A DNA stretch of 64,000 nt from Piromyces finnis finn (GCA_002104945.1 MCFH01000022.1:434001-498000); one strand, 5' to 3'. Shown: positions 47,768 through 61,584, counted from the stretch's first letter. Translations and numbers: made by a program. Notes: generated by a model not told the origin, from the sequence alone.

Positions 47768-48721
47768 ATGGGTTCTGGTGAAGGAGGATGTTTTAATGGA
47801 AAAGGAAAGTGTTGTTGCTTTTTCTTTTTATCAGAAAAATATGCCGAAGTTTTAGCAACTGTTTTTATGATTGTAAGAAGAATAAAAAAAATTCATATAG
47901 TAATAAAAAAAGTCTTATAAAGAAAACATAATAATATATAATATATATAATATATAAATAAATAGGGAATTTGTGCAGGTACTCACTTTTTAAATATTAT
48001 GATTCATGAAGAAATTGGTACCTTCTTATCAACAGTTGCCTATATATTTGATTCAACAGTACTTGTATCACTTATTGTATTCCTTGTCGGTCTTTTTATT
48101 GTAAATATTATAAAAAATAAAATATTAATAATTAAAATAAGATTATATGAGGTATTAATTTGATATATTTTTATATTTATATATATTAAAAAAAAAAGCA
48201 AAAAAAGCCATTATTAAAGCAAGTAACAATCGTATTTGCAGTTTACATATTCTTTTCTCTTTCATGTTTCTGTTGTAATTTCATTACATTAATTTTTGGT
48301 GACTGTTATCGTGAAACTTACAACTTATTTACAGTATACAAAGACTATTATATTGAAGCTAATCCAAATACTGAATTAGATGAAAATGAAATTAAAAGTA
48401 ATATTAAAAAGAAGTTCTATATTGAAGCTATTTTACATATTTTCTCATTAGGTTTTTTGGTAAGTAATTTCATTATTTAAAATCTATATTTTTTTATTTT
48501 ACATATTGTTAATATTTTTTTTTAAAAAAAAATAAAAAAAGATTTATTATTATGTCGTAACAAGTTCATATGTTGAAAAAATTAGTCAAGATGGTGATGA
48601 ATATAGTCGTAAAATCCTTGAAAGTAGTCATCCTAAAAACACTACTGGAAATAGTTATAACTATAACCAAAGTAAAAATAGTAATAGTACTTTCAACACT
48701 TCAAAGAGTGTTGGTGTTTAA
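47768..48721 (+). CDS. Small 4-TM membrane protein with N-terminal Cys cluster; four exons
   Basis: MGSGEGGCFNGKGKCCCFFF...VLATVFMI|GICAGTHF...VSLIVFLVGLFI|...VTIVFAVYIFFSLSCFCCNFITLIFG...YIEAILHIFSLGFL|IYYYVVTSS...KSVGV*. Four hydrophobic segments and canonical splice sites. Confidence 0.7.
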
Positions 48722-49309
48722 ATTTAAAGTTTAAATTTAAAGCAGTCTTAATGAAAGTAAATTTAATATAGAAATAGGTATTATTATTATAATACAAAGA
48801 TATTTATGTATTAGTGAATTTCTTTCAAAAAATATAGAAATAATTTTTATAGAAAAATTATTATTAATATAATTATTAAATAATATATATAATAATTAAT
48901 ATTATTAATAATAATAGAAAAAATTAAAAAGATATAATAATAACATTATGATAATTATAATATTATTTCTTTAATATTTTTTTTAATAATATTTATTTAA
49001 AAGAGATAATATAAAATAATATATAATGTACAAAAAAAAAAAAGAAATTTTAAAAAAGAAAGTAATAAAAATTACTTAAACATGAAAAAATGTAAATAAA
49101 TAAAAAAAAAATAAAATAAAAAAAAAAAAAAAACAAGTTAAAAGTTATTTTAATATATATAAATATAAATATATTATTTTTTCTTATTAAAAACTGTCTT
49201 GTTTAATCTTATAAAGAAATAATTTATAAAAATTTCTAATAAAAAATAAATTATATCTTTATAATAAAATTTTGTTAAAAAATTATTTTTCTAAAAATTG
49301 TTTTTCTGA

Positions 49310-50290
49310 TAAGTGAATATAATTCTATTCCTCCTATGTCTCATTACTCTTGGGCCAAAGAATCTTGTTCACTACATAAGAAGCTTATGAAAATAAATAT
49401 TAAAAGTACTAAAGATATTAGAGAATATTATTGGAATAATAGTAGCCTAAATAATGGAAGTAAAGCCCTCAGATATACTAACAACAAATTCCTTAATTCA
49501 AATCGCCTAATGCATATCGGTCTCAACAAACCTCACTTAAATTTAGGAATTACCTGGATTATTCGTATTCGATGCGGTTATGAAAATACTACCCGAATTG
49601 CTATTGCCAGTAATAGAGTTACTCCTGACTGCCCTCGTGTCTGTCCATGTTGCGGATATGACGAACAATCTTTTTACCATTGGATATTAGAATGTTCTGC
49701 ATTCTCTGAATACAGAGCTTCTTCACTTAGCTTTCTTGACGATCTTTTTACCCTTTTTTACAATAAATATAAGAATAAATTCATCACATACTTACTCCCC
49801 AAAACGGAAGTAAGAAAAACAATTTATAACTATATTTTTACGTTCCTTCTTGGTGGAACTTTAGCTTATGATGAGCTACAAATCGATAAGGCGGAACAAA
49901 GACATTTGAATGAACAGCTTTACAGTTCATCGGGGTCTCATGTTCCATATGTAGAGGGTCTCGCGGCTTTTCTTACTAAAACAATCCCTATCATTAGTAG
50001 CTCTATGAAGCTACTTTTTGATAGGTTTAGTAAGACACCTAACGTAATCAAGAGCGCCGACGTCGTACCGATATGGCAAAGGATCATTTCCAATGTTCCG
50101 TACACAGGGTTCAATGTTAGTATTTCCTAAAATTCGAATGAAAACATTATGAACTCATGGGAGAGTTTAGTGGACACCACACTATCACACCTGATGTTAC
50201 TTCTTTTTTTTATTTCATTTAATTTATTAGGTAGGGACCAATCCCACACAGTACAAATTGCAGAGTTCATTGAACTTTTATGCAACTTAA
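49310..50290 (+). mobile_element. 5'-truncated non-LTR retrotransposon (LINE) fragment: post-RT region with CCHC zinc knuckle and 3' UTR
   Basis: Intronless ORF 49336-50130 with IRIRCGY...CPCCGYDEQSFYHWILEC (C-x2-C-x8-H-x4-C). GC content is visibly higher than the flanks and codon use is unlike host genes. No RT core is present, and no clear TSD or poly(A) tail was found. Confidence 0.75.
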
Positions 50291-50611
50291 ATAATTATTT
50301 TATATTATTTTATATTTATATTTTTATTTATATATATTTTATTATTTTTATTTATTATTTATTATATCAATATCAATATGTATTATCACCTAATGTTATG
50401 TAATATCTCAAATTAAATAAATAAATAAAATATGTGTATTCTCTTCCTAGTCTAAAAAAAAAAAAATATAATTATTTTTAATAATAAATACAGGTGTAGC
50501 AATTAAAATATGATAAAAATAAAACAATATAGAAATAAATTTGTTATTTTTAAATTTTTATTTGAATATATTTTTTATTTTAAATTAAATGTATTACAAT
50601 TTTCAATTCTA

Positions 50612-53131
50612 TTAATTTGCACATGATTCAGTTTTACTTCCATTCCCTACATGTGTAGTATTTTTTATATTACTTGTATATATATTACTGGACTTGTTGA
50701 GCATACTCATACTTTTTAATTTTGATCTTAAAGCAACATATTGAGTAATATCTGTACCATTAGAATCAATCATATCAAATCCAGGTTTAGTAATAAGTAA
50801 ATGAACTCTTGAACCAATTAATATATAAACACATGCAAAATGAAGGAAACAATTGAAAAGAATTGTTAAAAAGAAATATAGTGGATAATTTTTACCGTCC
50901 AGTTTTTTAATTAATTCATTAACAAGATAGTCAGAAATGTTTGTACTGAATATTACAAATGTATAACAAATGTCACCAAATTTTTTTGAATGACTTCCAG
51001 TAGCAATAATCATAAATATAAGAGCAATAAACTATTTTATTTATTTTAAAATTATTTAAATAAAGAAATTAGTATAAACCATTTTTCAAATAATTATAAA
51101 TTAATAATTAACAATAAATAAAAAATTATTAAATATTGTTTTAGTACTATTTGCTATTTGTAAAATAAAAATATAATATAATATAACATAATATTTATAT
51201 GATATAAAAAAGTTACTACTTACAACAAAACCAAGGTATGCTTGATATACTTTATTTAGAGATTGATAATTACTGTATTCTCCAACAGGAATACGAGAAT
51301 AACCAATTGAACCAATTGCTTCATAGAAAAATTCACACGAAAATATAATAACTACCTTGTATATAACTGCAATACTAATTGCAGTCATAATACTATATAA
51401 TAAACGCTTATTATCTAATTTATTTGACATAATCGACTTTGTTTTGAAAATACAATAAATACGATAAGCAACTGCAAACATTGGAATATAAATTAGATTT
51501 GTACCAAGTGCTTCAATTACAACAAAAATTTTAATTTTAGCAATTGAGTATGACGGAATATATTTCAATAACTTTATCATATTTAAAGCACATCCTCCTA
51601 CAATTAAATTACAAAACACCGGTGATATAACCTTAATATAAGGATGATTTCTTAATCTATAAGCCATATAAATTATAAATAAACAGAATATAATTGTTAA
51701 AACAATTATGGAGATAGATAATATTCCAAATAAACCTAAGTTAGAAGTAATTAATTCATTCAAGTTTTTAAAAATTAAATTTATATTAATAACATTATTA
51801 TATTGTATAAAATTTCTAATTTTTAATGGAAGAAGACATAATATTTCATAAAATGGTACCATATATTTTGACTTAAATATATCTCTTATATATAATTTCT
51901 TAGTTTTTTCCATGGTACTACATATAACTGGATTATCATTACAATAGGTTTGCATGTCTTCGTCTGAATCTTTTTTAGTAAAATCAAATGTTGGAATACA
52001 ACCAAATTCATCAGCACGTAAAAGTTGTATTTTCTTATCTGTAAGGATAAGTGCGATTTCTGCGAGTATTTCTGGTTTAATATCACTATACTTATTGGCA
52101 ACTAAAAGTTTATGATTAGTTACACTCTGATGTTTTGGTAAAGGTGTCATAGGAAGATCAACATTATTGTATTTTAATTTTTTAAATATAATATTATGAG
52201 ATGCTTTTGCTTTAAAAAAAGTTGATCCATTTGTCATATACTCGTAAAATGCATTATCTAGAGTTAAATCAAATGTTTCTTTTATTTGATTAGAGTAACT
52301 TTTAACAAAATTTTTGAAATTCTTTAACAAAGAATTGGAAGTATTATTATAAAATAATTTCATATGATCTGGGTCATAATCTGGTGATAAATTGAATTTA
52401 TCACTTGCATATTCAACAAAAAGATTTAATAAATCATTATCGTCAGAAACTGAAATGATTTGGGGTTGAGAATTTTTTTTTAAATTTACTATTAAATCAT
52501 CCCATGTATAACTTTCCATATTATTTATTAATTCTTGGGTATTCTTATAGTTTGGATCTAGCTCATCAAGATGGTAGTAAAATACATTAAAATCATTTTC
52601 ATAAGGAATGCCAATTAATTTTTTTTTATATATACCATAACTTAAACTTTTAGGATCATGAAATTCGAGATCTTTCATGTCAATATATTTGGAGAGATCA
52701 TGAAATAATTCAAGAGATGGATATCTATGTCCAACATTTTTATGAATTATATTACTTTGTATTGTGGCCATTTCATTAAATAAAATTCTTTCGTCAAGCA
52801 CTACCATATCATAACTTTTATCTTTTAATTTTTTAGATAAAAAATTCATGTAATCAAGAGCCATAGAGTTATAATGTGGATCACTTGGTGGATAAGGATA
52901 AAATAGAAAATTTACTTCATAATCTTTAAGTATTTCATTATCTTTAACTTTTTCGTTAAAATATCCACTTAAATATTCTATATATTTGTCTTGATATTCA
53001 TAAGTTTTAAATGTTTCAGATATATCAATTTGTTTTAAACATACTTTAATTCTTTTCTTTTCAGATTTTACAGTAACTAATAATAAAGATATCAAAAAAA
53101 ATAGAAGGAATCTTTTAAATTTTTGAGTCAT
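50612..53131 (-). CDS. Class C-like GPCR with N-terminal sugar-type solute-binding domain (receptor 1); exons 53131-51224 and 51031-50612
   Basis: Signal peptide, SBP motifs (DMVVLD, LIGIPYENDFNVFYYH, TWDDL) and seven hydrophobic segments. HPYIKVISPVFCNLIVGG and AYRIYCIFK resemble the TM2 and TM3 motifs of 7tm_3 receptors. One intron falls within TM5. Confidence 0.85.
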
Positions 53132-53617
53132 TTTTTATAACATTTAGTTAATATTTAATAAATTTAAATAACAAGAAATGTAAGGATATCTTTTTTTATC
53201 ATGGATATTTTTGATTTTATATTATAAAAATTTTGTAATAAAATATATATGTCTTTAATGTTTAATAATAAAAATAATTTTATAATATGAAAATAGTTTA
53301 TATAAAATTTGTGTTAGAATTTATTATAATAATTTTCTTCACCATTTTTCAAAAAAATAAATAAAATAAAATTAATATAATAAAATATTATATTGGTTTA
53401 GCTTTCAATAATTATATTCAGTAATAAAAAGTTTATAAATTCTATTAATAAACTGTGATATGATATATCCACATCTTTTTTTAATCAAATTAATCAAAAT
53501 TAATTGTTTTTCCTAAATTCTATTTTTTATTTTTACATTTTAATTTTTAGGATAATTATATTATCATAAGTTTAAATTTTAAATTTTTCCATTAATATTT
53601 TTCCATGATACTATTTA

Positions 53618-56015
53618 TTAAACTCTTTCTGTATATATATTAGATTTACGTTTAATATATTTTAAAGTACTTATTCTATTTTTTAATTTAAATCTTAATC
53701 CAATATATTGTGTGGCATCATTATAACTGTTTGTATTACTTTGACTTGTATTTTTTTCAGAGTTGGGGTATAATAAAATTAGTACAATTCTTGATACTAC
53801 CAAAACATAAACGCAACTAAAATGAAGGAAACAATTAAAAAGAATAGTTAAAAAAAAGTATAAAGGATAGTTATCTCCACCATCTAATTTTGTTATTAGG
53901 CGTTCAACAAGAAAATCTGATATATTTGTACTGAAAATAACGAACGTATAACAAATATCACCAAAATTCTTAGATCTACTTCCAGTAGCAATAATCATGA
54001 ATATTAATAAAATAAACTATTTAAATTTGAAAAAATAATAATTTTAATAAATATTATTTTTAATTTTTTATATATTATTTTCTTTAAATAATAGTACGTA
54101 CAACAAATGTTAGGTATATTTGATAAATTTTATTGAATAGTTCATTATTTGAATAATTTCCTACGGGAATGCGGGCATACGTAACAGAACCGATTGCTGT
54201 GTAATAAAAGCTACATGTAAAAACAATTACTATTTTATAAATAACAGCAATACTAATTGCGGAGAAAATACCTATTAAAAGACGTTTATTATTTAAAGAA
54301 TTTGACATAAATGATTTTGTTTTGTATATACGGAAAATACGATATGCAACTGCAAACATTGGAATATAAATTAAATTTGTTCCAAGAGTTTCAAGAATAA
54401 GAAATATCTTAATTTTTCCACGGGAATAGGGAGGAATGAATTTTAATAATTTTATCATATTTAAAATACACCCAATAACAATTAAATTACAAAATATGGG
54501 TGATATAACTTTAATGTATGGATGTTCTTTTAATTTGTATGTCATATAAATAACAAAACAACAGAATACAATGACTAATATGGTAAGAATTATTGATAAT
54601 ACTCCATATACTCCTAAATTATCGGTAATAAATTCATTCACATTTTTTAATGAGAATTCTATATATTTAATATCATTTGTAATAAAAAAGTTTTTAAATC
54701 GGATTGGAATAAAGCATAATATTTCATAAAATGGTACCATTGTGTCAGAACTAAAAATATCTCTAATATAAAGTTTTTCCACTTTATCCATTGCATCACA
54801 AATAACTGGATTATTATTGCAATAATCTTGTAAATCTTGATCGGAATCCTTTTTAGTGAAATCAAATGTTGGAATACTTCCATATTTTTCAGCACGGAAT
54901 AATTGTGCTTCTTTATCGGTAAGAATGAGAGCCACTTCAGCAAGAAGATCAGGTTTAATATCACTATATTTATTTGCAACTAAATATTTATTTGTTGTAG
55001 CACTTTGATATTTTGGAGGAAGAGATAAAGGAATTCCATCGTTTCCATATTTCGATTTAAAAAGGAAGTTATGAGAAGCCTTTGCTTTAAAGAATGTTGA
55101 ATTTTTTGTTAAGAAGGATGAATATGCATCATCTAAAGAAGTACGAGCTGCTTTTATTGGCTCATTATTAGGTGAAAATGATTTTACTAAATCACGAAAT
55201 TTTGTATAAAAATCTGTAGATTCTTCATCATCATAGAATATCTTAATATAATCTGGATTATATTCTGGAGATAAAGTATGTATATTATTTGTATATTCAA
55301 TTACGAAATTTAACACATCATTGTCATCACCCAATGCAAGTACAAAAGGTTGAGAATTCTTTTCCATTTTTTCCAATAAAGATTCCCATGTAAAATCTTT
55401 CATGTTTTCTACTAATGCCATTGTGTCACTGCCATTTGCATTTGAATTTTCACCATCTTTATGATAATACAATACATCGAAATCGTATTCAAACGGAATA
55501 CCATAAATTTTTTTCTTATACATTCCATAACTTAAAATTTTTGGATCATGAAATTCTAGATCATCCTTATTAATATATTTGGTTAAGTCGTGTAATAATT
55601 CAAGAGAAGGTTGTCTAAATTTAGTTTCTTTAAAAATTCTTTCAGATTCCATTAAAGCGATATCATTAAATAAAATTCTTTCATCAAGCAGTATCATATC
55701 ATATTCTTTTCTAGGCAATACTTTAGCCAAATCATTCATATAATCAAATGGTACTGATTGACCATTAGTTTCAACAGGAATATATGGATAAAAATAGATA
55801 TCGAGTTCATAATTATTAAGTCTTTCATTATCTTTTACTTTTTCTACAAAATAATTATTTAATTCATTTCTATACTTTTCCCAATCATCATGTAGTACAG
55901 TTCTAGGCATATCAGGTTGTTTTATACATATTTTGATTCTTTGTTTTTTAGCAAAAACTGTAATAAAAACAAAAAATAAAATAAAATATAAACCAGAAAT
56001 ATTTCGAAGTCTCAT
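53618..56015 (-). CDS. SBP-class C-like GPCR (receptor 2); exons 56015-54102 and 54016-53618
   Basis: Same architecture and intron position as receptor 1, with IYGIPFEYDFDVLYYHKD, FTWESL and HPYIKVISPIFCNLIVIG. Confidence 0.85.
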
Positions 56016-59000
56016 TATCCAATTTTGTTATTAAAATTAAAAATATTTTTAATATATATATTTCTTTTATTTTATTTTATTAAAATATATTAAAAAATTA
56101 TGTATATAATTTACATTTAAATAAAGTTTTAATATGTTTTTTACTTTTTTTTCTATTTATTATTCATAATTTTAGTATAACTATTTTTTTTATTTAAAGA
56201 TTGATATTATATTTATATTTCATATGTATTTTATAAATATCTTACTCATAATAATCACATCATAAATAAAAACATTATACTTAATAATAATAAAATATAT
56301 AAAATGGTAAATAAATAGAGAATTTGAAATAAAACATATTTCAAACAGTATATATAAAGATATATAGAATATAGAAAAAATATGTTAAAATTTTTCCTAA
56401 ATTATATCTAATAATATAAAGAAATAATTATTTTAAAATAATAGAAAAAAATTCATTTAGACATGAAATTAAATTATTTAGCTAACTTGAAATCAGAGAA
56501 ACCATTTTTGACCTTTATTTAAAAAATTTTTCTAGATCTAGAGAAGAATTTAACATTAATGATACAATTTATTATAAATATGTATATTATACATGTAATA
56601 AATAAAATATCATAAATATATAAAGATTCTCTTAATTATGAAACAAAAATATTTAAATAAATCGAAAATAATTATAAATCAATAAAAATAGTTTATTAGT
56701 TTATATACTATGTAGTTTTATTTATAAAGAATTAAATTTTATTATATAAATTTCTAATTCAAAACTTTATTATGTATATTTCTCTCTTTTCTAAATATCA
56801 AAAAATATTTTTTTTGACAATTTATACTATATAAACTCATTTTTAAGCAAGAACTTTTTTAAGACAAAGTACTTTTTAATCTATTTTTTTACTAATTAGC
56901 TTGATTCAATAACTAATTTCCAATGATAATTTTAAAAATAAAAATTAGGAAAAAATTTATAGTTCGATAATAATAAAAATAAGTATTTAGACTCTCTCTC
57001 AAAACTTTATTTATTTTATTTATTTAATTTAAAAAAAATAATTTAACATGAATCAAAAAATAAAAATAAAAGTTACAAAAATAAAATCTAAAGAACATTT
57101 TATTATATAAATTCATGAAATGAATAGCTGCACAAAAATTTATATTGAATATTTTCTTTCATAGTTTATTTATTCATTATATAGTAATTTTTTATATCTA
57201 TTTTATCTATAATATATTTATTATAAGTATTTAGTTTCGTTTTATCCTATTTAATAAAAAAAGATGAAAAAATAAATATGATAATAAATGAGGAAAATAT
57301 AAATATTTAAAACCAAAATTTAGAATCTAAAATTTATTTATATTTAGAAATTTATTTTTATTTTTATAATAATATTTTATTATTTAACTTAATAAAATAT
57401 TTAAATTTGATTTATCATTTTTTTTAAAATATTATAAATAAAAACAATTAATAAAAAAAAAAAAAAAAGAATTAAAAAAATATAAAAATTTAATAGCGTA
57501 TTTATATATATTTATATATGCTAATAATTATCTTTTATTAATTATTACTTATAACTTTGCGTTTAGGGAATATAATAAAATGAAAATTCGAAACACTTCA
57601 AAAATATTCCTACTTTTTATAACTTGTCTATTTACGACTATTTATGCTAATAAACAAAGAATCAAAATATGTATAAAACAACCTGATATGCCTAGAACTG
57701 TACTACATGATGATTGGGAAAAGTATAGAAATGAATTAAATAATTATTTTGTAGAAAAAGTAAAAGATAATGAAAGACTTAATAATTATGAACTCGATAT
57801 CTATTTTTATCCATATATTCCTGTTGAAACTAATGGTCAATCAGTACCATTTGATTATATGAATGATTTGGCTAAAGTATTGCCTAGAAAAGAATATGAT
57901 ATGATACTGCTTGATGAAAGAATTTTATTTAATGATATCGCTTTAATGGAATCTGAAAGAATTTTTAAAGAAACTAAATTTAGACAACCTTCTCTTGAAT
58001 TATTACACGACTTAACCAAATATATTAATAAGGATGATCTAGAATTTCATGATCCAAAAATTTTAAGTTATGGAATGTATAAGAAAAAAATTTATGGTAT
58101 TCCGTTTGAATACGATTTCGATGTATTGTATTATCATAAAGATGGTGAAAATTCAAATGCAAATGGCAGTGACACAATGGCATTAGTAGAAAACATGAAA
58201 GATTTTACATGGGAATCTTTATTGGAAAAAATGGAAAAGAATTCTCAACCTTTTGTACTTGCATTGGGTGATGACAATGATGTGTTAAATTTCGTAATTG
58301 AATATACAAATAATATACATACTTTATCTCCAGAATATAATCCAGATTATATTAAGATATTCTATGATGATGAAGAATCTACAGATTTTTATACAAAATT
58401 TCGTGATTTAGTAAAATCATTTTCACCTAATAATGAGCCAATAAAAGCAGCTCGTACTTCTTTAGATGATGCATATTCATCCTTCTTAACAAAAAATTCA
58501 ACATTCTTTAAAGCAAAGGCTTCTCATAACTTCCTTTTTAAATCGAAATATGGAAACGATGGAATTCCTTTATCTCTTCCTCCAAAATATCAAAGTGCTA
58601 CAACAAATAAATATTTAGTTGCAAATAAATATAGTGATATTAAACCTGATCTTCTTGCTGAAGTGGCTCTCATTCTTACCGATAAAGAAGCACAATTATT
58701 CCGTGCTGAAAAATATGGAAGTATTCCAACATTTGATTTCACTAAAAAGGATTCCGATCAAGATTTACAAGATTATTGCAATAATAATCCAGTTATTTGT
58801 GATGCAATGGATAAAGTGGAAAAACTTTATATTAGAGATATTTTTAGTTCTGACACAATGGTACCATTTTATGAAATATTATGTTTTATTCCAATCCGAT
58901 TTAAAAACTTTTTTATTACAAATGATATTAAATATATAGAATTCTCATTAAAAAATGTGAATGAATTTATTACCGATAATTTAGGAGTATATGGAGTATT

Positions 59001-59316
59001 ATCAATAATTCTTACCATATTAGTCATTGTATTCTGTTGTTTTGTTATTTATATGACATACAAATTAAAAGAACATCCATACATTAAAGTTATATCACCC
59101 ATATTTTGTAATTTAATTGTTATTGGGTGTATTTTAAATACTATAAAAGTATTAAAATTCATTCCTCCCTATTCCCGTGGAAAAATTAAGATATTTCTTA
59201 TTCTTGAAACTATTGGAACAAATTTAATTTATATTCCAATGTTTGCAGTTGCATATCGTATTTTCCGTATATACAAAACAAAATCATTTATGTCAAATTC
59301 TTTAAATAATAAACGT
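54282..59316. repeat. Large inverted repeat: arms 54282-55946 and 57652-59316 (1665 bp each), spacer 1705 bp
   Basis: The arms are reverse complements with a constant coordinate sum (113598) at both ends. The encoded 555-aa segments differ at only three residues, and I noticed five nucleotide differences without checking every base. Confidence 0.95.
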
Positions 59317-60038
59317 TTATTTATTTGTGTGATAGTAACAATTTCTCTATCAGTAATTTACAAATCAGTAATTGCAATATTCTGTAGACTTTATTATGAA
59401 TCTGTTGGTTCTGTTAGATATGCCCGTATCCCAATTGGATACTATACAAATCATGAAACTTTGGATAAAATATATCAAGTATATCTCACAATTATTGTAT
59501 GTATTATCAATTTATTTAAATTAAAAATCATAATAAAATAGTTGGATGCGTAATAATATTATAATAGTAATTAAATACTCATGTCATTTTTTTCTTATAT
59601 ATATATATTTAGTTTATTTCTCTTTTATTTATGATTATTGCTACTGGAAGCCGGTCCAAGAAATTTGGTGATGTTTGTTATACATTTGTTATCTTCGGTA
59701 CAAATATATCAGATTTTCTTGTTGAACGCCTAATAACAAGATTAGATGGTAAAGAGTATTATCCTTTGTATTTCTTTGTTACAGTATTCTTTAACTGTTT
59801 ACTTCATTTTATTTGTGTTTATATTTTGGTTGGATCAAGAATTCATTTACTTATTAATAATCCCAATTTTGATTTTGTTAGTAGTAGTAATGGTACTACC
59901 AATGCTTCAGATGCTTCCCAGTATGTTGCATTAAGATCAAGAATAAGAAGTATGAGTATAGTTAAAAGATACAGTAGTATGATATCTACTAAAAATAGTG
60001 GCTATTCACAAACAAAGAGCGGAAGTACTATAAGATAA
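57580..60038 (+). CDS. SBP-class C-like GPCR (receptor 3); exons 57580-59496 and 59613-60038
   Basis: Same architecture. The ectodomain to TM3 is near-identical to receptor 2; the signal peptide, TM4-7 and tail differ. Confidence 0.85.
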
Positions 60039-60774
60039 AAAAGTAGTACTTTTTCATTTAAAATATATTGTTAAAAAAACCAATACTTTACCTATTTAAT
60101 CTTTTCATTATAAAATGGAATATACCAGTGTAAAAAAATTAAACTTTATTGTATTAATATTTCAGTATTATATATAAGTCATTATTATTAATACTTTTAG
60201 TTTTATATAATTAAAAAAAAGTTGATATTGAAATGAAATTATTGTAAATATAATTATTTTAAATTTTCAAAAGATTAAATTTGAATAATAAATGATATAC
60301 AATAATTCTACAAAATATATTTTGAAAATCTAATTATAAATTGAGATAAAATTTTTTTATTTTTTTTATAAATAAAGAAATTAAAATCATATTTCTTATC
60401 ATAGTTTGAGTGTGTGTTTATAAAAATATTATTAAATTAGTAAAATTCTTAATTTCATATTCTAATGAAAAAATCAATACTTATTATTGAAACCTATAAT
60501 TCAAGTATAATTCATCTTTGGAATTACTTATATCATATTATTATATATAAAATTCTTTATAGAGTAAATGTTTATTTTTATAATAAACAGTAATTTTTGT
60601 AATAGTAATTAATAATTCAAAAACCACAATGTTTTATAAGTTATTATTATGAATATACTAGTTCTATATGATGTATTGTATCCCAATAAATTAAATAATA
60701 ATTCAAATTATAAAATATTGAATAAAATATATCATTCATATCATATAATCTTTATACGTATTTTATTATCCGTC

Positions 60775-60915
60775 TTATTAAAATTTAAAATTAAAATATA
60801 TTTAATGATATAACTTTTATTTTATTAAAATTTAAAATTAAAATATATTTAATGATATAACTTTTATTTTATTAAAATTTAAAATTAAAATATATTTAAT
60901 GATATAACTTTTATT
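60775..60915. repeat. Minisatellite, 3 x 47 bp
   Basis: TTATTAAAATTTAAAATTAAAATATATTTAATGATATAACTTTTATT starts at 60775, 60822 and 60869. Confidence 0.92.
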
Positions 60916-61584
60916 TTAAGAGGATCAGGACTTTTTTTCACATATCTCAGATACCCTTTAATATATTTTATAAACATCAGAGAATAAAAAGAATAAACAC
61001 CATCAAAAATTTTTATTATTTACTTCTAAAGAAATGTCTTACAATTAAAAAGAAAAGAAGAAAAAATAATTTTGGTTCATTTAGAATAACAAATTCAAAT
61101 TATTATGAATAAATGAGTTATTTCAATAAATTAAAAATCAAAATATAAAGATTTAAATTTATCATAATAATTATTATTAATATCATTATAATAATAGTAA
61201 TACTAAAAATAAATAAAAAAAATAGGAAGAATTTATTATAAAAAAATAAACTATTAAAGTTTTAATTGTAATTTTAAAAAAAAAAAAAAAAAACCCAAAA
61301 TTTATATATAATTTTAATAATTATCCTACTATTATATCTTATTGGATAAATAGAATATAAAAATATTTAAATATAATTTATAATTAATAAAATTTCTTTC
61401 TTTTAAAACAAAAAAATTAACTTTTTCAAATTTTAATGAATGGAGTATAATTATATTTAAAAAAAAAAAACAATTGTTTATTATGTACCGATTTAATATA
61501 TTAAACACTTACTAATAATTTTTTTAATAATATAAATACCTTTTATATTTAAAAGAGTATTAACTTATATTACAAAACAGTATA

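Noticed and set aside
50149-50403. 84-aa ORF after the LINE ORF
   Set aside because: It runs from the element's 3' UTR into AT-rich flank with low-complexity F/I/Y composition, and shows no coding signature.
50612-50630. Receptor 1 C-terminus ...ESCAN as a CaaX prenylation signal
   Set aside because: Only two residues follow the Cys, and the other receptor tails have no terminal Cys.
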